Assembly: GCF_963921235.1 (NCBI RefSeq)
Contig: NC_086097.1
Span: 211,298,001-211,362,000, forward strand
Direction of reading: 5' to 3'
DNA length: 64,000 nt
DNA from: Mobula hypostoma
Lineage: Eukaryota
Shown piece by piece: positions 37,774 through 50,257 of the stretch. Under the pieces are notes generated by a model that saw only the letters and a list, made by a program, of their open reading frames with translations, did no database searches and was not told the origin of the DNA. The position numbers and the translations under genes were made by a program. Within the stretch, counting starts at the first letter, position 1. Every line of letters begins with the position of its first letter.

Positions 37774-40701
37774 GGCTAAGAGAGTTGTAAAAGAGCGCCT
37801 GAAGGCTTTATGTGTCAATGCAAGGAGCATTCGTAATAAGGTGGATGAATTGAAAGTGCAGATTGTTATTAATGATTATGATATAGTTGGGATCACAGAG
37901 ACATGGCTCCAGGGTGACCAGGGATGGGAGCTCAACGTTCAGGGATATTCAATATTCAGGAGGGATAGACATGAAGGAAGGGGAGGTGGGGTGGCGTTGC
38001 TGGTTAAAGAAGAGATTAACGCAATAGAAAGGAAGGACATAAGCCGGGAAGATGTGGAATCGATATGGGTAGAGCTGCGTAACACTAAGGGGCAGAAGAC
38101 GCTGGTGGGAGTTGTGTACAGGCCACCTAACAGTAGTAGTGAGGTCGGAGATGGTATTAAACAGGAAATTAGAAATGTGTGCAATAAAGGAACAGCAGTT
38201 ATAGTGGGTGACTTCAATCTACATGTAGACTGGGTGAACCAAATTGGTAAAGGTGCTGAGGAAGAGGATTTCTTGGAACGTATGCGGGATGGTTTTTTGA
38301 ACCAACATGTCGAGGAACCAACTAGAGAGCAGGCTATTCTGGACTGGGTTTTGAGCAATGAGGAAGGGTTAATTAGCGATCTTGTCGTGAGAGGCCCCTT
38401 GGGTAAGAGTGACCATAATATGGTGGAATTCTTCATTAATATGGAGAGTGACATAGTTAATTCAGAAACAAAGGTTCTGAACTTAAAGAGGAGTAACTTT
38501 GAAGGTATGAGACGTGAATTAGCTAAGATAGACTGGCAAATGACACTTAAAGGATTGACGGTGGATATGCAATGGCAAGCATTTAAAGGTTGCATGGATG
38601 AACTACAACAATTGTTCATCCCAGTTTGGCAAAAGAATAAATCAAGGAAGGTAGTGCACCCGTGGCTGACAAGAGAAATTAGGGATAGTATCAATTCCAA
38701 AGAAGTAGCATACAAATTAGCCAGAGAAAGTGGCTCACCTGAGGACTGGGAGAAATTCAGAGTTCAGCAGAGGAGGACAAAGGGCTTAATTAGGAAGGGG
38801 AAAAAAGATTATGAGAGAAAACTGGCAGGGAACATAAAAACGGACTGTAAAAGCTTTTATAGATATGTAAAAAGGAAAAGACTGGTAAAGACAAATGTAG
38901 GTCCCCTGCAGACAGAAACAGGTGAATTGATTATGGGGAGCAAGGATATGGCAGACCAATTGAATAATTACTTTGGTTCTGTCTTCACTAAGGAGGACAT
39001 AAATAATCTTCCAGAAATAGTAAGGGACAGAGGGTCCAGTGAGATGGAGGAACTGAGTGAAATACATGTTAGTAGGGAAGAGGTGTTAGGTAAATTGAAG
39101 GGATTGAAGGCAGATAAATCCCCAGGGCCAGATGGTCTGCATCCTAGAGTGCTTAAGGAAGTAGCCCAAGAAATAGTGGATGCATTAGTGATAGTTTTTC
39201 AAAACTCGTTAGATTCTGGACTAGTTCCTGAGGATTGGAGGGTGGCTAATGTAACCCCACTTTTTAAAAAAGGAGGGAGAGAGAAACCGGGGAATTATAG
39301 ACCGGTTAGCCTAACGTCGGTGGTGGGGAAACTGCTGGAGTCAGTTATCAAGGATGTGATAACAGCACATTTGGAAAGCGGTGAAATGATCGGACAAAGT
39401 CAACATGGATTTGTGAAAGGAAAATCATGTCTGATGAATCTCATAGAATTTTTTGAGGATGTAACTAGTAGAGTGGATAGGGGAGAACCAGTGGATGTGG
39501 TATATTTGGATTTTCAAAAGGCTTTTGACTAGGTCCCACACAGGAGTCTAGTGTGGAAACTTAAAGCACATGGTATTGGGGGTAAGGTATTGGTGTGGGT
39601 GGAGAATTGGTTAGCAGACAGGAAGCAAAGAGTGGGAATAAACGGGACCTTTTCAGAATGGCAGGCGGTGACTAGTGGAGTACCGCAAGGCTCAGTGCTG
39701 GGACCCCAGTTGTTTACTATATATATTAATGACTTGGATGAGGGAATTAAATGCAGCATCTCCAAGTTTGCGGATGACACGAAGCTGGGTGGCAGTGTTA
39801 GCAGTGAGGAGGATGCTAAGAGGATGCAGGGTGACTTGGATAGGTTGGGTGAGTGGGCAAACTCATGGCAGATGCAATTTAATGTGGATAAATGTGAAGT
39901 TATCCACTTTGGTGGCAAAAATAGGAAAACAGATTATTATCTGAATGGTGGCCGATTAGGAAAAGGGGAGGTGCAACGAGACCTGGGTGTCATTATACAC
40001 CAGTCATTGAAAGTGGGCATGCAGGTACAGCAGGCGGTTAAAAAGGCGAATGGTATGCTGGCATTTATAGCGAGAGGATTCGAGTACAGGAGCAGGGAGG
40101 TACTACTGCAGTTGTACAAGGCCTTGGTGAGACCACACCTGGAGTATTGTGTGCAGTTTTGGTCTCCTAATCTGAGGAAAGACATCTTTGCCATAGAGGG
40201 AGTACAAAGAAGGTTCACCAGATTGATTCCTGGGATGGCAGGACTTTCATATGAAGAAAGACTGGATGAACTGGGCTTGTACTCGTTGGAATTTAGAAGA
40301 TTGAGGGGGGATCTGATTGAAACGTATAAGATCCTAAAGGGATTGGACAGGCTAGATGCAGGAAGATTGTTCCCGATGTTGGGGAGGTCCAGAACGAGGG
40401 GTCACAGTTTGAGGATAGAGGGGAAGCCTTTTAGGACCGAGATTAGGAAAAACTTCTTCACACAGAGAGTAGTGAATCTGTGGAATTCTCTGCCACAGGA
40501 AACTGTTGAGGCCAGTTCATTGGCTATGTTTAAGAGGGAGTTAGATATGGCCCTTGTGGCTACAGGGGTCAGGGGGTATGGAGGGAAGGCTGGTGCAGGG
40601 TTCTGAGTTGGATGATCAGCCATGATCATAATAAATGTTGGTGCAGGCTCGAAGGGCCGAATGGCCTACTCCTGCACCTATTTTCTATGTTTCTATGTTT
40701 C
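37774..40701 (+). mobile_element. Young 5'-truncated CR1 (family B) with nearly complete ORF2 (APE + RT) broken by one TAG
   Basis: ORFs 37841-39532 and 39551-40606 in the same frame; (TTTCTATG)n tail; TSD tataag at 37768-37773 and 40702-40707. Confidence 0.95.
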
Positions 40702-41511
40702 TATAAGTTACTGTCATCAAAACTGATGAATATTTTTCCCTCATTTTAACTGACAAAAAGGCTGGAAACTTTCAACACTCAGACACCACCAGGTTCAAGA
40801 ACAGAAACTACTCCTCAACCACCAAACTCTTGAACAAAAGGGGATAACTTGACTCAACTTCACTTGCCCCATCACTGAAATTACCCCACAACCAATGGAC
40901 TCACTTTAAACAACTTTTCATCTCATGTTCTCATTACTTATTGCAGTTTATTTATATTTGCATTTGCACAGTTTGTTGTCTTCTACACTCTGGTTGAATG
41001 CCCTAGTTGGGCAGTCTTTCATTGATTCTGTTACAGTTACTATTCTATAGATCTGTTGAATATTCCCACAAGAAAACAAATCTCAGTGTTGTGTATGGTG
41101 ACATACATGTTCTTTGATAATAAAATTTACTTTGAACTTTGAACTTTGAAAATCAATGGGAAGAAAAGCAAGTGAAGAAGTTGCAGCTTGATGATATTTC
41201 ATCAAAACTGGCTCATTCATTGGCATCATGTGCATGTTTAAAGATTATTATAATCCACCAAAATAGGAGACACTAAGGACAAGCAGGTAAAGAGGCATGG
41301 AGGGCATTTTTTTTTTATTTAAATACTAATAAAGCATGCCAACCTATTAAAAATACAATGTGGTATTATTTGTTTGAAATTTAAAAAGATGCCTTGCTAT
41401 ATTACCTCTCCCCAAAGACAAAATGTTACAAATACTTGCTCCTTAAAATTTAAAGCTCATTAACAATTTTAGCTTAACAATCACTAAAATGTGGAACAAT
41501 AATATTCTTAC

Positions 41512-42150
41512 AAGCCATCTATATATAGAAAAATGATTTATGCTTCTAAGGATAGTTGAAATGCCATGTTCGGAGATTATGACAACCTTCATGAAACTAT
41601 TATATTTAAATTTCCTCTGGTAACTAGGCAACCGTCTCAGAAGAAAATCAACCATAAGAACTTCTGATGTGTGAAATGGCAGACGTTGAGCTAATTACTC
41701 TCTTGAGTGTCTCAGAAGGATATGTGTTCAGTTCAAGGTTTACAAAGTGGAAAATCAGTTGGAAAGTGTACCACAGTTGGAGTTCGATATCTACTTAAGC
41801 AGATAATTGAAGGCTGACCCATTCCTCTTTTTTCAAATTCAAAAACCTGCACGATATTTAATAGTCATAACTGCATTTTCAGTTTGTGCAGTCCCTTCTG
41901 TTATTCCCAATGAAATTTAATTTCCACTGTTATTCACATGACCTTAAAGCCAATCTATTCTGTGTCTATTGGCACCAAAGAGTAATACTGTAGTATATCT
42001 GAATGCGCATCAGTATCGGCTGACGTACTTGGTCAATATAGCCTTAATCTGACATTACAAATAAAATCTCACTATCTAAAGTCAAATTAGCGAAGAAAGT
42101 TGTGTGAAGTAGTTGAACAGATCTTGATCAGAGGCCATCTTATCCACAAC
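41512..42150 (-). pseudogene. Pseudo-exon of the RGS-like gene
   Basis: Acceptor cttttctctag (42151), donor gtaaga (41511); begins VVDKMASDQDLFNYF, ends VLMVDFLLRRLPSYQRKF...; frameshifted internally. Confidence 0.5.
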
Positions 42151-42239
42151 CTAGAGAAAAGTAATATGCATGTTTCTTGTGTATTTCAACATGTTCCTTT
42201 TCTCTGTTAGAAGTCCAATGATACAGTGAAAAAGCATTA

Positions 42240-42508
42240 GAGCAGCTACACTGCTAAACTATAAATCTGTCTGTACTTTTCAAACAAAGGTGGCTAGCTG
42301 CCAAGAACTGCAGTAGCCAAGATAGTTGCCAAGATCAATACATTCTCCATATGTGAAGCATCATCAGCACATTAAAATAATGGTAGCTGCGTTCCCACAG
42401 TATCATTGGGTGAAGGTAGTCCCATTGTGAAAAGGAGTAGAGAGTTCCAGGATTTGAATTCGTCAATCTGTTTGGTCTAGTTCATTAAACTGAAGTTCAC
42501 GTGAACTA
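42240..42508 (-). pseudogene. Pseudo-exon of the RGS-like gene
   Basis: Acceptor ttttttttcag at 42509; phase 1 matches the previous exon; VHVNFSLMN*...GTQLPLF*CADDASHMENVLILATILATAVLGS*PPLFEKYRQ. 3' end approximate. Confidence 0.5.
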
Positions 42509-42785
42509 CTGAAAAAAAACAGACGGGATAAAAATCCTATCCCTATAACTACCCACACATGGTAAAGCCATGCCTGCTGATGATTCACTTCTAACTACAT
42601 AATCTCATTGAAGAGACATAAAGGGGATAAGGACGAGGTCTGTGGCAACTAACCACCAGAAGACTGTGGTAATCCATAAATCCAGCTGATTCCAACCTAC
42701 TGCCAATTTACCCATTGTAATTGGAAGTGTCTCTCTTTCAGGAATTCATCCAACAAACTTTTTAAAAACTGTGGGAACTACTCAC

Positions 42786-43687
42786 CACATGCCACAATAA
42801 TTTCTTCCAGGGGGTAATGATTCTGAGAAAATGCAGACCTTTAATATATAATCTAACTCTCTGCCTGAAATGATTAATGTGGTTGCATCTCAGATGCCAA
42901 ACCCTAAGCACTAAGTTCAGTAAACTTGCTCAGGCTTCTGCTTTTGCAGTCACCACAGTAATACACAGAATAACTATATAATAGTGGGCTGAGCAGCAAA
43001 TTAGGGAAGTCTTGATTGTACAGACATTGAAACTGCTCTGCAGTAATAAATTCATGAGCAATGAGGATACACGCCAAGAAAATGGACTTCTCCTATGCAC
43101 TAACATAGCGCTGTGTTCAGTGCTGGTGTCAAGTCATGTCTCCTATAGAAAATGGCAAATTTCCTCATGAAGAGGTTTGAAACAATGTCAAGTCCCATAG
43201 GACCCTGAAGTAAGTGTAATTTCCAATTCGAATGAGATGACTAAACTTTGTTCTGCTGCAAACATTAAAAGGCACTGACTCTTAAAGACACACTCCATAT
43301 GGCAATTGGAGATAAGCAGCACAAACCTCAGCTGGTCTGAGACAGAGACTGCAGGGGAGGAGGCGGCTTCCACAATCATGCTGAAGAACATACGCATCTT
43401 GTTCAATGAGAACAACAGGAATTCTGCAGATGCTGGAAATTCAAGCGACACACATAAAAGTTGCTGGTGAACGCAGCAGGCCAGGCAGCATCCTAGAGAT
43501 GCTGCCTGGCCTGCTGGGTTCACCAGCAACTTTTATGTGTGTTGCTTGTTCAATGAGATCCAGGCTGAAGGTGCAGGGAAGCAAGAAACCTGCTACATCC
43601 ATCATAAGAACAGTACTGAAAAGCCCTGCACCATCGTGTATTGCTGAAAGGTATCTCCTGAACTCTCAGATATACCAAGATAATTCC
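42786..43687 (-). pseudogene. Pseudo-exon of the RGS-like gene, interrupted by a hairpin insert
   Basis: After removing insert 43412-43544 plus one TSD copy, one frame reads EFRRYLSAIHDGAGLFSTVLMMDVAGFLLPC...RPAEVCAAYLQLPYGVCL*...EKSIFLACILIAHEF...DFPNLLLSPLLYSY...AFSQNHYPLEEIIVAC with scattered stops; ends at a G|gtgag donor (42785). Confidence 0.65.
43412..43544. mobile_element. Penelope-terminus-derived hairpin insert
   Basis: ~50-bp inverted arms (43442-43492 / 43498-43548) with a 5-nt loop; 14-bp TSD cttgttcaatgaga. Confidence 0.8.
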
Positions 43688-44059
43688 AAAGTCAAAGTTC
43701 AAAGTAAATTTATTATCAAAGTATATATATGTCATCATATGCTGTACAAAACTGAGATACTTTTTCTTGCTGGCAATTACAGTAAATACAAGAAACACAA
43801 TAGAATCAATGGACAACCGCTTCCAATAGGATGGACAAATAACAAACGTCCAAAACAAACAATAAATAGTGAAAGAATGAGAAAATAATAATTATTATTT
43901 TGATAAACAAGCAATAAATATTGAGAACATAAGATGAAGAGTCCTTGAAAGTGAGTTCTTAAGTTGTGGGAACAGTTCAGTGATGGAGCAAGTGAAGTTA
44001 TCCCCTCTGGTTCAGGAGCCTGATGGTTGAGGGGTAGTAACTATTCATGAACCAATATT

Positions 44060-44515
44060 ATATGTCATATGAGGAGCATCTGATGGCTCTGGGCCCCTAC
44101 TCACTGGCATTCCAAAGAATGAGGAGAACCTCACTGAAACCTGTCAAATGTTGAAATCTCTCGACAGAATGGACGTGGAAGGATGTTTTCTATGGTGGGG
44201 GAGTCTAAGACGATACAGCCTCAGAATAGAAGGATGGCCTTTTAGAACGGAGATGAGGAGAAATTTCTTTAACAAGGGAGTGGTGAATCTCTGGAATCGG
44301 TGCCACACGTGGCTATGGAGGCCAAGTGTGTATGTACTGTATATTTAAGGCAGAGGTTGATAGATTCTTGGCTAGTCAGGGCATGAAGGGATATAGGGAG
44401 AAGGCAGGAGATTGGGGCTGAGAGCGTAAATGGATAAGCCATGATGAAATAGCAGAGCAGACTCAATGGGCCAAATGGCCTAATTTTGCTCCTGTATCTT
44501 AAGGTCTTATGGTCG
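44060..44515 (+). mobile_element. CR1 3' fragment
   Basis: SLRIEGWPFRTEMRRNFF and CR1 tail. Confidence 0.8.
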
Positions 44516-45744
44516 AATGAGTAAGGGTTTGATTATCTTTAAGCAATTAGTGTACCATATGTTATAATTCTTGATATATTAAATCACCTGTCTCTGCTAC
44601 AGTTTGGGAGTTCACATCCTTCAATAGATCACTCTGATCTACATGTCGTTTGCTGACAGCTGCAGAGAACTTGGAAAGATCCTGGATTGAGGAGTTATTA
44701 TCTTTGATTTCAGTTGAGAAAAGAGAACCCCTAGGTTCACAAGGCTTTACCTACTCCTATTGTCTAGTCACTCTGCACTTTCTCTGTAAATGCAGCAATA
44801 CATTCTGTATGCTGCGTTCTTATTTCCATCTCAATGTACGTATCTGCGGTCTACTACCCATGCAGAGCATTGTGTTCATAGCGAGGCAGGGAGTTAAACA
44901 CTTCCTTAAAAATCTCCTGAGCCAGGAGTTTTTTCAGCATTTTGAATGAGAAAAGTTTAAGAAAATAAGAACCTAAGAAACAGGAGCAGGAGTAGGCCAT
45001 CTGACCTGTCGAGCCTGCTCCGCCATTCAATAAAACCAGGGCTGATGACTGTTTAAATACATAAAAATAGAGGGCTATGGGTAACCCTAGGTAATATCTA
45101 AAGTATGTACATGTTTGACACAGCATTGTGGGCCGAAGGGCCTGTATTGTGCTGTAGGTTTTCTGATCTGGCCATGGACTCATCTCCACCTACCTGCCTT
45201 TTCCCCACAACCTTTAATTCCTTTTCTATGCAAAAATCTATCCAACCTTGTTGTAAATTTATTTACTGAGGTAGCCTCCAGTGCTTCACTGGGCAGAGAA
45301 TTCCACAAATTCACCACTCTCTGGGAAAAGCAGTTCCTCCTCATCTCTGTCCTAAATCTACTCCCGCAAATTTTGACGCTATGACCCCTAGTTCTAATCT
45401 CACCTACCAGTGGAAACGACTTTCCTGCCTCTATCTTATTATCCCTTTCATAATTTTTTCTGTTTCTATAAGATCTCCTCTCATTCTTCTGAATTCCGGC
45501 AACTACAATCCCAGGTGACTCAATCTGTCCTCATAGTCTAAACTCTCGAATCAACCTGGTAAACCTCCTCTGTACCGCCTCCAAAGCCAGTATATACTTC
45601 TTCAAGTAAGGAGACCAGAACTGCATGCAGTATTCCAGGTGCAGCCTCACCAGTATCCTGTACAGTTGCAGCATAATCTCCCTGCTCTTAAATTCAATCC
45701 CTCTATCAATATGAAAGCCAGCATTCCATTTTCATTCTTGATAG

Positions 45745-46874
45745 TGTCACAAACCCCGTGATGGGTTGAAAAGGACAAGCAGAAATGGAACACACCTGGA
45801 GTCTGGTTTACTATAAATTAAGACTATTTTTTGTCGTCTTCGTGGTGGCTATCCCTCGAGGTCGAGGATAATGGTCTTCGTTCTGAAATGGCCCACAGAG
45901 TGAAGAGGCCTGTGCGTATATTTGTTTAATGTGTACTTGATGTTGCACTCCAAAAAGCACATGATACTTCACAAATCAACCAACTGATTCCAATAACATG
46001 GAAACCACGACGATTGGAGCTGATGGATTTGTTGCAGCCTTCATCCACCTTCACAGCCATTGAGTTCAAAGTAACTTCGTCCACCTGTTCCACCGTTGAG
46101 GCCTTGGTTGGATTGTTCTTTGTCAGGGACCTCACCCTCAACCTTACCGCCATGGGTGACCCTACCAGGAGCATAGCTTCAGACAGCATTACTCTCGGGA
46201 TCACAGGACCACACAAGCTTTTCCACCACGACAAGGTGACAATCCACGGAGAAGACTATATTTATTACTACTAATATCATTAATCTGAATAATACAATAC
46301 AGGTTATAAACTATTATATATATAAGCAGTTCAGTTCACTTTGTGTTGCATTGAGTGGAATTGATGGAGAGAGAGAGAGTTAATTGAGTTGATGTTTAAG
46401 TTGGCAGCTTTAGTTGTTCTTGCTTCCAAAGCCTTCAGGGTCACTTCGTGTGACCGCGCCCCCCCCCACCCCACACAGAGACAGATGGACAGAGCCCCTT
46501 CTATGGAACAGTCTACTAACCCGCAGCACGGGTTCACCAACAGCAGACCCCCACAGGCAAGCTCTTACCTGCACTGGTAATCATGGGTCAAAATTAATTG
46601 GTCCGTCACCTTCACCCTCGTGGTGGTCTTAAACTCCACCAGTAGTTTCTCGGGTCGCTTCCGCTGTTCTCTCATGTCGTGTCTCCTCTGCCGTTGTCAG
46701 ACCGAAGGATCCACTTTTTATAATCCATCCAAAATTCCAGCGTCCGTTAGCTCAACCACTCCGAGCTGTGACTTCCCAGCTCGTGTCTCAGCTCTCGCCG
46801 TATTCTCTCTCTCTTTTAATTGCCTCTTTGTTCATCAGACTGCTGCTTTCTAGCAGTTTCTCACCTGCGTGACA
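45745..46874. mobile_element. Solo LTR
   Basis: TGTCAC...GTGACA inverted termini, TSD atag; CR1 continues on both sides. Confidence 0.8.
45828..46251 (-). mobile_element. Short non-autonomous RTE-derived element
   Basis: 8-bp TSD aagactat; 5' tgtcaccttgtcgtggtg...gggtcacccatggc and 3' ctcgagggatagccaccacga resemble RTE-clade ends. Confidence 0.6.
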
Positions 46875-49276
46875 ATAGCCTGCAGCACCTGCAAACCAAC
46901 CTTTTGTGATCCATACACAAGCACTCCCAAGTCCCTCTGCACAGCAGCATGCTGTATTTTTTACTATTTAAATAACAGCCTGCTCTTTCATTTTTCCTTC
47001 CAAAGTGGATGACCTCGCATTTACCAACATTGTACTCCATCTGCCAGACCCTTGCCCACTCACTTAACCTATCTATATCTCTCTGCAGACTCTCTGTATC
47101 TTCTGCACAGTTTGCCTTTTCACTCAATTTAGTATCATCAGTAAAATTCTTCTGGAAATCCAAGTAAATAACATCCATCTGTTCCCTTGTATCCACTGTG
47201 CTTGTTATATCCTCAAAGAACTCCAGTAAGTTTGTCAAATGGGACCTGCTTTAGGTGAGTCCATGCTGCGTCTGCCTGATGGATCCATTTCTTTCCAGAT
47301 GCCTCGCTCTTTCTTCTTTAATGAAAGCTTCAAGCATTTTCCCAACTACAGATGTTAAACTAACTGGTCTATAGTTACCTGCCTTTTGCCTACACCCTCT
47401 TTTGAACAGTGGCGTGACATTTACCATCTTCCAATCTGCCGGGACCTGCCCAGAGTCCAGAGAACTTAAGTAAATCATCACCAAAGCTTCTACTATAACT
47501 TCTGCCATTTCTTTCAGTACCTTGGGATGCATTCCATCAGGACCAGGGGACTTATCTGTCTTCAGGCCCACAAGTTTGCTCAGCACTACCTCGTCAGTGA
47601 TAGCTATTATATCAAGGTCCTCACCTCCCATCACATCCATAACATCTCTCTTTGCCATGTTAGATGTGTCCTCCACCATGAAGACTGACACAAAACAGCC
47701 ATTCAAAGCCTCTGCCATTTCCTCATTACCCAATATCAATTCCTCCTTCTCGTCCTCCAAGGGACATACATTCACTTTAGCTACCCTTTTCTGCTTTATA
47801 TAATTATAAAAACTTTTACTATGCATTTTTATATTTTGTGTTAGATCATTTTCATAATCTAGCTTCCCTTTCTTTGTTGCTCATTTAGTGGTTCTTTGTT
47901 GCATTTTCAAGTTTTCCCAACCTTCCAGTTTCCCACTACTCTTGGCAGACATTGTATACATGAGCTTTTAGTTTGATGCCCTCTTTTATTTCCTTAGTTA
48001 TCCAAGGCTGCCTCTCCCCACCCTGACTGTCCTTACATTTAACTGGAATATACTTTTGTTGAGCACCTTGAAAAATCTCTTTGAAAGTCTTCCACTGTCC
48101 CACCAACTGTCCCACCACATAGCCTGTGTTCTCAGTCTACACTAGCCAAGTCCTCCCTCATCCCATTGTAGTCTCCATTGTTTAGGCATAATACATTGAT
48201 TTTAGATTGAACTATTGCACCCTCCATTTGTATAGAGAAATTCAATCATACTGTGATCACTCTTTCCAAGAGGGTCGCTAACTACAAGATCACTAACTTT
48301 ACCTGTCTCGTTGCACAGGAACAGATCTAAGATAGCACGTTCCCTTGTAGGTTCAGTAATATGCTGTTCAAGAAAGCCATCACGGATGCATTCTATGAAG
48401 TCCTCCTCAAGACTACCTCGACCAACTTGATTCACCCAATCTATGTGCAAGTTAAAGTCCCTCCTGATAGCTGCTATTCCATTCTTACATTCCTCAGATA
48501 TTTTTCTGTTTATTGCCTGTGCCATTGTAATGTTATTATTCAGTGGTCAATAGACAACACTCACTGGTGATCTTTACTGTTCCTAATCTCTATCCAGATG
48601 GATTCAACATTCTTCTCCTTAGATTTTACATCGTCTCTCACTATTGTTCTGGCCTCATCTTTAATTAAGAGCACTACCCCACCTCCCTTACCTTTCTGCC
48701 AATCCTTCCATATTACCTGATATTCTTAGATAGTTAATTCCCGATCCTCTCCACCCTACAACCACATCTCTGTAATGGACACTAAATTATACCTCTTTGT
48801 ACTAATTTGAGCCACAAGTTCTCTAACTTGGTCTCGAATACTATGGGCATTCACATAAAGGGCCCTTACACTCACTCATTGTGCTTTTAAAATCTTGTAA
48901 TCTTTTACTCTTTTGCACTTGACTTTTCTTCACTCCACTCTCACTTTCTCTTTTTTATCTTCTGTTTTTTCTTTATCTTTATCCACACTTTTCTTTTTTA
49001 CTTTATCCATACTTCTCCAATCTGTTGAACCCATCCCCCTACGATTTGGTTTAAAGCCCTATTCACAGCCCTAGTTATGCGACTCGCTAGAATCCAGGTC
49101 CCATCATGGTTCAGATAGAGCCCGTCCCATTGGTACAGCTCCTTCCTTCCCTAATAGCTGTGCCAATTTCCCATGAATTCAAACCCACTTCTCTCATACC
49201 AATCCTTGAGCCATGCATTTAATATTCTTGACCCTATGCCAATTTGCACATCGCTCAGGTAGTAATCCAGATTAAG

Positions 49277-49566
49277 ATTAAAATCTGTCACGAGCCTTGT
49301 GGCCCATCAGCCCAGTGCTGATGCCAGTTTCCATGGGGTAAAGCGGATAGTACGAGACTTCTTCCCCCCCTCCCCAGATAAGACGCCAGTCTATCGCAAG
49401 GTTAACCCCAGCATTTTTGTCAGTACCCATTCTCAGCTGGGTAGACTGGAGCATTGTGTGGTTAAGTGCCTTGCTCAAGGACACACAAGCTGCCTCGGCC
49501 AAGGCTCGAACCTACTACCTTCAGATCGCTAGTCCAACGCCCTAACCACTTGGCCACGTGCCACAC
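49277..49566 (-). mobile_element. tRNA-derived SINE with CORE/Meta-like body
   Basis: gtggccaagtgg / ggttcgagcc boxes, tgtgtccttgagcaaggcacttaacc body; imperfect TSD agtaatccag/agtagtccag. Confidence 0.75.
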
Positions 49567-50257
49567 AGTAGTCCAGAGATTACTACCTTTTTGATTCTGT
49601 TTTTTAATTTAGTCCCTAGCTGCTCAAATTCCTTCAGCAGAACCTCGTTCCTCATTCTACCTATGTCGTTGGTACCCACATGGACCACAACAACTAGATC
49701 TTTCCCCTCCCACTGCAAATTCCTCTGCAGGTCAGATAAGATGTTCTGAACCCACGCACCAGGCACCAACGTAGCCTTCAGGACGTTTTATCCTTGCAAC
49801 AGAGAACTGTGTCTTTGTGAAACTGCAGAAAGTTAAGTAAAACACATATTAGATTCAATACAGAATCATCACACACCTGAATATACTAATATTATTGATT
49901 ATTCTCACAATCAGTATTAAACAAGGTAATACACATATGTAACATTCTATAGCTATGCCATGGACTAGAGTGAACTCGTGGAGCGAGAATAGCTTAATAG
50001 CAATGAACGATCAACATACTTGCTTCAAAATACATCTACGAAATGTTTACCAACATTAAGAAAGTTTAAGACTCACATACCTTGTTGTTTCAAGGGCAAA
50101 TAAAGAGTGGATGGAGATGGATGTCTTTCCACCTTGTTCGCTCCAAGTCAAAATCCAAATGAATCTGCGCAGGAAGTGATGTTTGTACAAAATGAACTGC
50201 ACACAAAATGAGCAGTGCCCATAGAGGCAGAACACTCCCCACCTGATATCTGTGATG

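Larger units (their letters stand above)
550..43690 (-). pseudogene. Unitary (intron-containing) pseudogene of a large multi-RGS-domain protein, RGS22/RGSL1-like
   Basis: About 15 exon-like islands between repeats, all minus strand, many with AG acceptors and GT donors; several junctions phase-compatible; translations give RGS-box-like motifs (ENYFSFWI, EFRRYL...MMDVAGF...EVCAAYL, AEMADIWVRY, LQNKLTFY) broken by stops, frameshifts and TE insertions. Family call from remembered motifs. Confidence 0.6.
44960..49810 (-). mobile_element. Degraded CR1 (ORF1 part to 3' tail) hosting LTR, RTE-derived and SINE inserts
   Basis: HVGTND (49542-49769), endonuclease (48202-48525), RT (46861-47826), 3' UTR. 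Confidence 0.88.
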
